NCBI GenBank assembly: GCA_042408215.1
Contig: JAYFMW010000020.1
Coordinates: 448,001 to 512,000 of the forward strand
Reading direction: 5' to 3'
Length of the DNA: 64,000 bases
Origin: Microcoleus sp.
Lineage (GTDB): Bacteria; Cyanobacteriota; Cyanobacteriia; Cyanobacteriales; Microcoleaceae
Below, piece by piece: positions 43,485-52,799 of this stretch (position 1 is the first letter of the stretch; each line of letters opens with the position of its first letter). The notes under the pieces were generated by a model, which was given only the letters and a program-made list of their open reading frames with translations, made no database searches and was not told the origin of the DNA. The position numbers and the translations under genes were made by a program.

Positions 43485-43658
43485 TATAGCCTTTCTCAGT
43501 AGCATGAGCTACTCTCGGATATAGGGCATAATCAATTACGAATTAATCAATTACGAATTACGAATTTAGCACTTCAAAAAGTCAACTCGTAACTCGTAAT
43601 TCGTAATTCGTAATTATTTACCCTTGGGCATACCTCACCAAGATTGAGAACTGCTATA
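43485..43658. mobile_element. MITE (TAGC..TTCTCA family) with TA duplication and (AATTACG)n interior
   Basis: Removing it with one TA restores tnpB IIFTDCSIRDY. Confidence 0.8.
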
Positions 43659-44530
43659 CAATCGGTGAAAATAATCTCATTCCGATAACTGAGTATCATT
43701 AAGGTGTCAGCAGGTTTTTGTGAAATGACAACTGCGACCGCTTGTTCGGCTATGTAGTCCAGCGTCTGAAAAAAATGACCAAAAGCAGCATCTAGCCAAG
43801 ACTTATTCAGTCCTGATTTAGCTGATTGACCATTTGGGATATAAGTACCATCATCCTCTTGTTTAACTTTATTCCGTTTAGTCAATCCTTTGAGATTAAG
43901 GTCTTCATCGAAAAAAAAAAATAGCTCCAGTTTTGACCAATTTGTGAGCGGTTTTATATTGAAAGTATTGACGAAAACGAGCAATCTGTTGATGTTTTAT
44001 TGCTTCTTTTTTCGCCAATGTACGTCTAGATTTAGAGCCACACGTTTATTCCGCTTCTTTGAAATGCGTTCAAGCTGAGCTTAATTTTTGCGTAATGGCT
44101 TCAGGAAAGAAAGTTTCTCACCTTCAGACGTTGCGAGATAGACATCTTCGTGTAACACTGCATCCAAACCGATTGATTTATCCCATGTTGGGACAATTTG
44201 ATCGGGAATAAATTCAGGCACAGATGCATCTTCAAGCATTAACTGAATAAACCAGCAATCTGCTTTTCTGGTGACACTAGCTTGTTTAATAGTAAATCCA
44301 TCTGGGATTGGGCGATGTTTCCGAACTTTGACAACTCCTAGTTTCGGGAATCAAATATATAGCCAATTTTTGCGTATTAGTTTAATCCAATCATTGCTAG
44401 CAGTCGCAAAAGTCATTGTTCGGTAGTCCGCTTCAGTTTTCAAGCGAGGTATACCAGACTTTCCACCATTGATATCTCCTCTAATAAACCGCTCAAATGC
44501 TTTATCTACTCGCTTATAAACATCCTGTAA

Positions 44531-44694
44531 TACCAATTTAATGTGAAGTTGCATATATCTCGATCCCCCTAAATCCCCCTTAATAAGGGAGTAGGGTGTG
44601 AGTAGGGGGTGACGAAAGAGCAGAATCTTGTTCCCCCCTTATTAAGGGGGGTTAGGGGGGATCAGATTCTATGCAGCCTCATAAAAAACTGGTA
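44531..44694. mobile_element. MITE with GC-rich palindromic core, TAA duplication
   Basis: TACCAATTT/AAACTGGTA termini; removal restores TILQDV. Confidence 0.75.
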
Positions 44695-44729
44695 TAAAAT
44701 AGTTTAGTCTACTTGCTTAAAATCCAACA

Positions 44730-44838
44730 TACAGCAGTTCCCGCTGTTATGAAACACGGTAGGGACACTCCAAGAGCCATGTCCCTAGGAGGATTGAACG
44801 ATAAGTGGGTGTACCTCATAACAGCGGTTTCCGCTGTA
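44730..44838. mobile_element. MITE with TA duplication
   Basis: TACAGCAGTTCCCGCTGTTATGA / TCATAACAGCGGTTTCCGCTGTA inverted termini inside the tnpB pseudogene. Confidence 0.75.
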
Positions 44839-45167
44839 TCACCACTAGGTCAGACTTTCAATAAGTCTTTTTTAAGAATTGGCTGTTGTTGTTTCTATAA
44901 ATAGTAGTTAGGTTTTTACCAGGGAGGCGAAATGCTAGTTATCAATGGACAAGCATTCACAGCGGTGCGATTCATCTCCCACCAATCACAGCGCTCTCCT
45001 AACTGGCGATTATACCAATAACGGCAAATTCTGAGCCATTGGTTGAGGGTGATTTTATGATTGGTGTCTGGATAGAATCGGTACTGATATGTTCTCTTCA
45101 TTGCGTTACAACCTCTACACCTCAGTTGGTGTTACTATAAAAAAGCACAAGATTCTGTGTCAAGTAA

Positions 45168-45580
45168 ATGAGTTCATATTTGATCCTTAAAGCTAGAGGG
45201 GTTTCCGATATCAAATGTCATTTAATGTTGACTACTAAGTATCGACATAAAGTTATTACAGATTTAATACTGGCAAGGCTTGAGGAGATTTTTTAAGAAT
45301 TTAATGGCCAAATGGGAAGGAAGATTAGTAGAATTCAATGGCGAACGCGACCACGTACATTTGTTACTTCAGTACACACCGCAAACTGAGCGAAGCCAAG
45401 CTTATTAACAATCTTAAAACTGTATCTAGTCGAGCTTTACGGAAAGAGTTTGTGGCTGAGGTTAATCAGGTGTATTGGAAAGATATTTTTTGGACAAATG
45501 GTTATTTTATTGCTTCTTGTGGCGTGACTGTCGAGCAATTGAAGAAGTATATCGAAGAACAAGATCGACCTGTTGAATAA
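45168..45580 (+). pseudogene. tnpA: IS200-type TnpA (Y1 HUH) pseudogene
   Basis: HLMLTTKYR, DHVHLL, LKTVSSR, FWTNGYF, YIEEQ spread over frames with an internal stop. Confidence 0.82.
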
Positions 45581-45833
45581 GGAGTTTGTGGCGCACGCTC
45601 AGCTTCGCGGCGCACGCTCAGCTTCGCGGCGCACGCTCGCGAAGTCGAAGGGCTCGTCTCGTCATCCACCTGTTCATTGCTCGAAGCTCTGCTTCTGAGG
45701 TTATGAACAGGTGGAATCCTCGCCTCACGCGCCTTTCATCCCACACTAACCGAGGCGGTATAGTGTGGGGATTCCCGTCTGTTTAGCTAAAAGATCGATC
45801 GACTTTCCACAAAAACAAAAGTCTATAACAAAG

Positions 45834-45948
45834 TATAGCCTTTCTCAGTAACAGTGCGGTACTCTCGGATCTAGGGCATAGGGCATAGGGCATAGGGCAT
45901 AGCGCATAGGGCATAGGGCATACCTCACCAAGATTGAGAACTGCTATA
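45834..45948. mobile_element. MITE (TAGC..TTCTCA family) with (AGGGCAT)n interior
   Basis: Same termini as 15095-15209 and 43485-43658. Confidence 0.78.
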
Positions 45949-45950
45949 TG

Positions 45951-46721
45951 TTAAATTTCCGACTTCTGTCCTTCCGACTCCTGCGTTACAGGTTCTGAAT
46001 CTGGCTGCTTGAGAGCAACTTCCGAGGAATTTGGCTCAGCGAGCAATTCAGGATTACGTTGAGAAAATCCCCAGACAAATATTATGGCTATGCTGGAAAC
46101 CACCAGCCATTGCGGCGGAACTAAATTGTCATTAATCACTTTCACCAGCAGTCGCAAGCCCACCAACCCGACGGTGACGTAGCCAGCATCTTCCAGGTGA
46201 ACGAATTCGTCTAGCCAGCGGATGAACAATCCAGCCATAAATCGCAGGGTGATAATTCCGATTGTCGCGCCCGTCAGGACGAGCCAAGTTTGATCGGAAA
46301 TCGCGATCGCCGTAGTAACGCTATCCAAAGAAAACGCTAAATCTGTTAGAGCAAGCACCGGAATTGCTTGCCATAGAGACGAAAATCGCGGCCCGTGATG
46401 TTCTCCTTCCGAGTCAGCATCTGATGAAAAATGCTGGAAAACTAGCCACAGCAGGTAGAGAGCTCCTAGCAGTTCAAACTGCCAGTATTGGATCACCCAA
46501 GTAGCAGTTAAAATTAATGCGATCCGCAGTACAAAAGCAATTGCCAAACCGAAGTTGAGAGCCTGTTGCTGTAGCTTGGCATCTTCCAAACCTTTAGAAA
46601 TAGATGCCAGGGCGATCGCATTGTCTGCCGAAAGAACAGCCTCCAAAGCCACCAAAACCAACAATAATAAAAAGGCATCTACTCCCAAACTGGGCGAAGC
46701 GTCGAGAAATTGATCTAGCAT
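45951..46721 (-). CDS. TerC-family membrane protein
   Basis: LEAVLSADNA, DLAFSLDSV motifs. Confidence 0.92.
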   Translation of the reverse strand: MLDQFLDASPSLGVDAFLLLLVLVALEAVLSADNAIALASISKGLEDAKLQQQALNFGLAIAFVLRIALILTATWVIQYWQFELLGALYLLWLVFQHFSSDADSEGEHHGPRFSSLWQAIPVLALTDLAFSLDSVTTAIAISDQTWLVLTGATIGIITLRFMAGLFIRWLDEFVHLEDAGYVTVGLVGLRLLVKVINDNLVPPQWLVVSSIAIIFVWGFSQRNPELLAEPNSSEVALKQPDSEPVTQESEGQKSEI

Positions 46722-46746
46722 TAACTATTTTGTGTACCTAAGATTT

Positions 46747-47072
46747 TTGACATACTCACCGACTATCAGGTGCGATGGTAGGCGCGTGCGTAGTCGAACT
46801 ATGATTCTTGACACTTCATCGAAATCTGCTACCGAAGTAGTCCTACGTTTCCTCTGTGTCCGTTTAGAGTCGTGCTGATGCCCCATGCCTACTTTTTGAG
46901 TTGCTTCTAGGTTAGATTCAACTATTGCCCTTACAGCGGACTCTAAGTTTACTCTCAACCTAGGTGTTTCAACGCTTCGACTACGCGAGCGCGCACCGCA
47001 GATATTGAGTCAGAGAGACCACCATTATAGCAAGCCGTCCTAAAACTACGGGGTTTTCAACCCAATTTTCTG
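46747..47072 (-). mobile_element. Protein-free mini-element (family B, 326 bp) with omegaRNA scaffold
   Basis: TTAT|CAGAAAATTGGG left end; 3' part aligns with the end of tnpB 48550-49746 (GGGCAT..CACGACTCTAAA..GATGAAG.GTCAAGAATCA..CGGTGAGTATGTCAA). Confidence 0.85.
47024..47032 (-). promoter_or_regulatory. Consensus extended -10 promoter TGCTATAAT in mini-element B
   Basis: Perfect TGn-TATAAT directly after the left-end hairpin. Confidence 0.55.
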
Positions 47073-47160
47073 ATAAATTGAAGAGATCAGCACAAATCAC
47101 CGGCTCTGTCGAAAATTAGTGTCACCTCACTGATCTTAACCTAAAGTGGCCATTCTGTCC

Positions 47161-47343
47161 GAAGGAACAAGGAACAAGGAAGAGGGAACAAGGAAGAGGG
47201 AACAAGGAACAAGGAACAAGGAAGAGGGAACAAGGAACAGGGAAGAAGGAAGAAGGAACAGGGAAGACTTTCCCGATTCTCCCCCTCTTCCACTCTCCCC
47301 CTCTCTCCCCCACTCCCCCACTCCCCCTCTCCCCCACTCCCCC
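47161..47343. repeat. STRR tracts (GGAACAA/GGAAGAG)n and CCCCACTC-like
   Basis: Direct tandem repeats upstream of psaM. Confidence 0.85.
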
Positions 47344-47441
47344 GCCCAGAAGTGTTGCAAGTTGTAACAAATGATTCCCAAAAGCGCCAATTTGTCTGAA
47401 ATTGGTGAAAGATCGTGCCAGTGAAAAGGAGTTTTCCGAAT

Positions 47442-47537
47442 ATGTCTTTAACAGATACCCAAGTCTACGTAGCGCTCGTAATTGCTTTGATTCCCGGAAT
47501 CTTGGCTTTCCGGCTGTCAACTGAACTGTACAAATAG
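47442..47537 (+). CDS. psaM: Photosystem I subunit XII (below the ORF-track cutoff)
   Basis: [40 protein letters not shown]. Confidence 0.95.
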   Translation: MSLTDTQVYVALVIALIPGILAFRLSTELYK

Positions 47538-48100
47538 TTGAGGACACCAGATTGCAACGGTAAAGCGCCCTCCGAGCGCAGTTGAATCTTGAGATTGCAG
47601 ACAATTGCTCCGGCAGTGGAGTAAATTGTTGGTTGTCAGCAAGACGAGACTGCAAGGGTTGAATTCCGTTGACAATTTATCTATATTTACCTAGAATTTA
47701 AATACCGAATTCTAGGTAAATCCGTGGACAAATTGATCGGCATTGGTGAATTAGCGGAACTTAAAGCTGTCAGTGTAGACACGATCCGACGATGGGAGAA
47801 GGAAGGCAAGATCCAATCCGTTCGTACAGATGGTGGACACAGACGGTATCGTATTTCAGACTTTGTTGAACAAAAAGTTGGAAAGACGATCGCTTACGCC
47901 AGAGTATCTAGTCATGACCAAAAAGCAGACCTTGACAGACAAGATGCCGTCTTGTCTGGGTACTGCCAGTCTTTTGGTTGGGATTATGAGGTGATCCGAG
48001 ATTTAGGTAGTGGTATGAATTACCACAAAAAAGGACTCACCAAGCTAATATCTACTATTCTAGACGGTGACCAAGAAAATGGGATACAAGCCCCGTCCTT

Positions 48101-48508
48101 CTAGGACGGCTTTTCGTGATTTCTAATGTACTCCTTTAAGACTTCTAGGGGCGCACCACCCACGGAAACTGCAAAATAACTAGGACTCCACAAAGCCTCT
48201 TTATGGGGTTTCTTGTATCCAGCCTGTCCGTAGCGACGACTAGAAACTCCTTTCAAGGCGTTCACGATTTGAGAAATTGAAAGTTTAGGAGGATACTCAA
48301 TCAGCGTGTGAACGTGATTATCTTCACCATTGAATTCAAGAATTTGGAAATTCATTTTTTTAGCAACCTCGCGAAACGTTTTTCCAATCAAATCAATACT
48401 TTCGCCAGTGAATACAGACCGACGATATTTTGTAACACAGACCAAGTGCATCTTAAGTTCTGTAACACTATGCCTTTCCCTGCGATAAACGGTTGTCATT
48501 TTTTGCAA
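48101..48508 (-). CDS. tnpA: IS200/IS605 TnpA (Y1 HUH transposase)
   Basis: HLVCVTKYRR, NHVH, LKGVSSR, LWSPSYF, EYIRNH. Confidence 0.93.
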   Translation of the reverse strand: MQKMTTVYRRERHSVTELKMHLVCVTKYRRSVFTGESIDLIGKTFREVAKKMNFQILEFNGEDNHVHTLIEYPPKLSISQIVNALKGVSSRRYGQAGYKKPHKEALWSPSYFAVSVGGAPLEVLKEYIRNHEKPS

Positions 48509-48549
48509 ACCAAGAGATGATTTAGTAACAGACCAATTTTAGCACAGCC

Positions 48550-49737
48550 ATGAAAGCCAGATATCGCTACAGGGTTTACCCAACTGACCAACAGCAGCAG
48601 AGCCTAGCTCAGTTGTTTGGTTGTGCGCGGGTAGTTTGGAACGATGCTCTTGCGTTGTGCAAGCAGTCCGAGAAAAAGCCAAGTTCGGCAGAACTTCAAA
48701 AAATAGTAATTACTCAGGCTAAAAATACTGAAGAAAGAGCTTGGTTAGGAGAAGTGTCGTGTATTCCCTTGCAACAATCGGTTGCCGATTTAGATGTTGC
48801 TTTCAAGAATTTTTTCAACTCCTGTAAAGGAAAGAGAAAGGGACGTAAAGTCGGATATCCTAAATTCAAGAAAAGAACTAGCAGTCAATCAGCACGTTTT
48901 AGGATTGGAGGGTTTTCTTTTAAAGATGATGGTATTTATTTAGCTAAGATTGGAGTTCTTGACCCGATTTGGTCGAGGGAGTTACCATCCGAACCTAGTT
49001 CTGTTACAGTAATTAAAGATTGTGCTAATCGCTATTTCTTGAGTTTTGTCGTAGAGGTTAAACCAATTCAGGTTGAGGCTAAAAACCCAATCGTCGGAAT
49101 CGACTTAGGAATCCAAACTTTTGCAGTGATGAGCAATGGGGAGAAAGCCGAAAGTCCTAGCTATAAAAAACTAGACCGGAAAGTTCGTAAACTCCAACGC
49201 AAATTAGCACGTCAACCTCATGATTCTAGGAGAAGGAATGTAACTCGCATCAAAATCGCCAAGTTGCACAATCAAATCACCGATACTCGCAAAGACTTTC
49301 TGCACAAATTGTCAACCAAAATAGTCAACGAAAACCAAGTGATTGTTTTGGAAGATTTAAACGTGTCTGGCCTGGTCAAAAACCGCAAACTTGCTAGAGC
49401 AATTAGCCAGCAAGGTTGGAGGGAGTTCAGGACTTTGTGCGAAGCTAAGTCTGAAAAATTTCGTAGGGAATTTAAGGTAATCAGTCGATGGGAACCCACT
49501 AGCCAAATCTGCTCAGATTGTGGTTTCAAGTGGGGCAAAATTGATTTATCTATTCGCTCAGTGCTTTGCTTAAGTTGCGGTACTGAGCAAGATAGAGATG
49601 AAAACGCTGCTAAAAATATAGCTCAAGTCGGGATAGGGCATTGCCACGACTCTAAATGGGCGCAGAGACAGAGTAAGACTACTCCGGTAGCATCAGTCGA
49701 TGAAGCGTCAAGAATCACCGCACTTTTAGGGCGGTGA
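48550..49737 (+). CDS. tnpB: TnpB RNA-guided nuclease
   Basis: GIDLG, LEDLNV, CSDCG...CLSCG, DRDENAAKNI. Confidence 0.93.
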   Translation: MKARYRYRVYPTDQQQQSLAQLFGCARVVWNDALALCKQSEKKPSSAELQKIVITQAKNTEERAWLGEVSCIPLQQSVADLDVAFKNFFNSCKGKRKGRKVGYPKFKKRTSSQSARFRIGGFSFKDDGIYLAKIGVLDPIWSRELPSEPSSVTVIKDCANRYFLSFVVEVKPIQVEAKNPIVGIDLGIQTFAVMSNGEKAESPSYKKLDRKVRKLQRKLARQPHDSRRRNVTRIKIAKLHNQITDTRKDFLHKLSTKIVNENQVIVLEDLNVSGLVKNRKLARAISQQGWREFRTLCEAKSEKFRREFKVISRWEPTSQICSDCGFKWGKIDLSIRSVLCLSCGTEQDRDENAAKNIAQVGIGHCHDSKWAQRQSKTTPVASVDEASRITALLGR

Positions 49738-50034
49738 GTATGTCAAATAATCCGACTCGCGATCACTCACAAGGATAGACTACTCAGATTTGGCTCAGAA
49801 CTGGTTTTTGCAATCTGCGAATACCACGGGGTCGAAGTTGTCATCCTGAACAAAAAAGAGGACGCAAATTTTGAAGAAGAATTAGCGAGTGACGTTTTGG
49901 AGATGATCGCCGTGTTCTCTGCAAGATTATACGGCGACCGATCAAATAAAAATAAAAAACTTATCCAAAACCTGGCAGATTCTGTAGAAAATAGATAATA
50001 TCTAGATATCTCAGCACATTGAGAGGTCGAATCA

Positions 50035-50910
50035 ATGGCTACCATAACTTATTGCAAAGGCTTACCCACACCAGCCCATGAGCTTAACGAGTTAGGTTTG
50101 ACAGATTTCGAGATGTTTCTAGATGCTTACGCCCCTATTTTTATGGCTGCAAATATCGAAACAGTCAATCATTTGCTTTCAGGCGTAGAATTCAAAAAAT
50201 CCCAGTGCAATACCCATTTACAGCAGACATACCGCATTAACAAACGTCACGCTAATGGCGCGATCAGTTCTGCTAAAGGTCGAGTAGACGGGAATAAAGA
50301 ACACAGAGCCTTGCATTTGAAAACCATTGAAGGGAAGATTAAGTCTATCGGTGCGTGGCTAAAGAAAGCAGAGCGCAAACTGGTATTGGCTCGTAAATTC
50401 TCTGCCAATAAGAAATGGCAGCAATCAAAAAAAGGCTGCAACTTCCCGATCTATTGCTCACTTACGTACAAATCTACAAACTGGCAGAATTTACGCTTTC
50501 AAATTCACAAGAAAAAGCGTAAATTTGCACGTTTGACCAACAAAGTAGAACAGTTAAAAGTTAAGCATATCAACGCTTCAGTACCTCACGCTGATGTTTT
50601 TGTTGTTGGTTATAAAGACGAGTCTTACGGTAATCATGTCTGTCAATGGGATGGAAGTAAAATTACTTTCCGTGTCCCTAATTGTTGAGAATCACGGTTT
50701 GGCAAAACCATCTCCTCTGAGATTGGTGATTTCAATCGGAACATCCACCGATTACCAGTATACTGTGCTAAAAATTGGCATTTTTATCGTAAAAAGGGTA
50801 AATGGGTTGCTGCTGTACAGTTCACAGCCCTGTGAAGCAAGTTTCTAGAGAGCGGGTATAGGGCTGCATTGGTATTGATATGAACCCTGGTTCTTTAGGT
50901 TGGGCTTGGT
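50035..50910 (+). pseudogene. IS607-associated TnpB-like accessory gene, disrupted
   Basis: Follows IS607 tnpA; reading continues past TGA 50688 to GCIGIDMNPGSLGWA (RuvC-I-like), then truncated. Confidence 0.7.
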
Positions 50911-50949
50911 TAAATATCTAAGAATTTATGGACTGGCTAGTGATGAAGC

Positions 50950-51839
50950 GGCATCGTTTAAGAAGCTCGATCGTCAAGTTCGCAAACTGCAACGCAAGTT
51001 AGCACGTCAACCTAAAGACTCAAAGCGCAGAAACAAAACTCGGATTCAAATTGCCAAGCTGCAAAAACGAATTTCAGACACCCGTAAAGACTTCTTGCAC
51101 AAACTATCTACCCAAGTCGTTAGTGAAAACCAATCTCTCGTCTTAGAAGACTTAAATGTGTCAGGAATGGTGAAGAATCGCAAGCTTGCTAGAGCAATCA
51201 GCTTGCAAGGATGGAGAGAGTTTAGAACGCTGTGTGAGGCTAAATCCGAGAAACTTGGTAGAGATTTTCACGTCATTAATCGATGGGAGCCTACAAGCCA
51301 GATTTGTTCTGAGTGTGGCTTTGACACTCCCCGGTCTGAAGACGCGGGGATTCTTAAGGACAAACTTTGGGGGATGAATCCACCCAAACTTCGGTTCTTA
51401 AAGGGTAAGTCAGATACCCGCTACCCACACAGCGAGTTGCTGAGTCTATGGCTACTTTGGTGCCTAACGGCTTGCAACTGTCGGGTTTTTCACCAACTAG
51501 GTTTCAACAACTCGATCAAACCAAAATCGGTTTGTCAAGATGGGGCAGGCTGGATAAATCCTGCAACGCCCTTTCATCCCTGGACTAAAGTCGCAGGGTT
51601 TTCAGGGTATTTCTTATAAGTGGGGTAAGCTCGATCTAAAAGTTCGGTCGGTTCGATGCCTGAACTGTGGCACTGAACAGGACCGAGACGAGAATGCAGC
51701 GAAGAATATCCACAAAGTCGGGATAGGGCATACCCACGACTCGCTTCAGGACGCAGAGACAGAGTAAGACTGCTTCGGCAGCATCAGTCAATGAAGCGTC
51801 AAGAATCACCGTGGCGTTGACTCCCGGTGAGTATGTCAA
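50950..51839 (+). pseudogene. tnpB: 5'-truncated tnpB (paralog of 48550) with right end, interrupted by mini-element A
   Basis: KKLDRQVRKLQRKL...CSECG|YKWGKLD...DRDENAAKNI; ends GTATGTCAA. Confidence 0.88.
51321..51615 (-). mobile_element. Protein-free mini-element family A, second copy (295 bp)
   Basis: Reverse complement of 43166-43460, appears identical; follows TTAT; excision restores TGT GGC TAT AAG TGG. Confidence 0.92.
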
Positions 51840-52123
51840 TACTGTACCATTTCTAACAGGAGTTTCCTGAGCGTTCCTCGATTCCGGGGAAGCGTAAAGC
51901 ACGCTTAAAAGAACGTTTAAAACTTAAACCGCAGAGTTTACTTAGGTTTACCTAGGTTTTTAGAAGTGGCAGGCAGTTTTATTTGACCTGTTATCAAAGA
52001 GGTTCCGCCCTCGTCTCCTGAAGAAGAATCGGTACTCGGATTTTCTGCGGGGGACGAGCTAAAATTTTCCCGAATTAGCAGCTCTCAAACGTTTGTTTCA
52101 GCAGGTATTTGTCAAAAAAGATT

Positions 52124-52546
52124 ATGCAAGCGATTCAACCAACCGTTACCCCACTGAAATCTGTAAAAAACTCCCCTCGCGTTGCTGTTGCTCCAAGTCG
52201 GAGTAGCAGTCGTCAGCGTTCCTACCCTCACCAAGCGCTTGCCGCCGAAACAGGGGTCAAGTTAGCAGTCAACATGGTACTTTCAGTCTGTGCGACTTCT
52301 GCTTTGATTCAGCTTTGGCCTCACTACCGAGCAGTGCAAGAAAAGTTGCAGGAAATCCAAGCTGAAGTCAATCTTACCCAAGGGCGAGTAAATCAGTCGC
52401 GATCGGACTTTAACCGCTACTTTGACCCCAATGAAGCTCAAAGTGTGATGCAAGAGCAAAGCAATCGGGTTGACCCAAAGCAGCGCCCGGTGATTTTGCA
52501 AGAATTGGGGACACCGGAGGCTGAGGAGCCAACTCAGCAACCTTAA
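52124..52546 (+). CDS. Slr1601-like putative cell-division (FtsL-like) protein
   Basis: Single TM helix plus coiled coil, FNRYFDP..AQSVMQEQ motif. Confidence 0.65.
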   Translation: MQAIQPTVTPLKSVKNSPRVAVAPSRSSSRQRSYPHQALAAETGVKLAVNMVLSVCATSALIQLWPHYRAVQEKLQEIQAEVNLTQGRVNQSRSDFNRYFDPNEAQSVMQEQSNRVDPKQRPVILQELGTPEAEEPTQQP

Positions 52547-52555
52547 CCTTAGGGG

Positions 52556-52746
52556 AGTTGACTGTTGACTGTTGACTGTTGACTGTTGACTGTTGACTGC
52601 TGACTGTTGACTGTTGACTGTTGACTGTTGACGGTTGACTGTTGACGGTTGACGGTTGACTGTTGACTGTTGACGGTTGACTGTTGACTGTTGACTAATG
52701 ACTAATGACTAATGACTAATGACTAATGACTAATGACTGTTGACTG
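52556..52746. repeat. STRR tract (GTTGACT)n and (ACTAATG)n
   Basis: Long heptamer array between convergent genes. Confidence 0.92.
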
Positions 52747-52799
52747 CGTAAGTCTTGTAATTCACTGAGCCAGACAATCTCAGAACTTAAAACTTGGCT

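Larger units (their letters stand above)
42950..45787 (-). mobile_element. Decayed IS605-type element (tnpB pseudogene about 43040-45101, divergent tnpA) with four nested insertions
   Basis: MKRTYQYRFYP start, KSGLNKSWLDAAFG, DRDLNAAIN pieces; right end GTATGTCAC at 42950; left boundary approximate. Confidence 0.8.
48072..49746 (+). mobile_element. Apparently intact IS605-type element (divergent tnpA and tnpB)
   Basis: Inserted after TGAC with no duplication; ends GTATGTCAA; removal restores the host ORF. Confidence 0.92.
47724..49998 (+). pseudogene. IS607 serine recombinase TnpA split by an IS605 insertion (47724-48071 + 49747-49998)
   Basis: MerR-like HTH, YARVSS; rejoined frame ILDGD|IIRLAITHKDRLLRFG...FSARLYG. 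Confidence 0.9.

Noticed and set aside
47122..47655. 177-aa, 84-aa and 73-aa ORFs
   Set aside because: Translations of STRR tracts; the longest is also antisense to psaM
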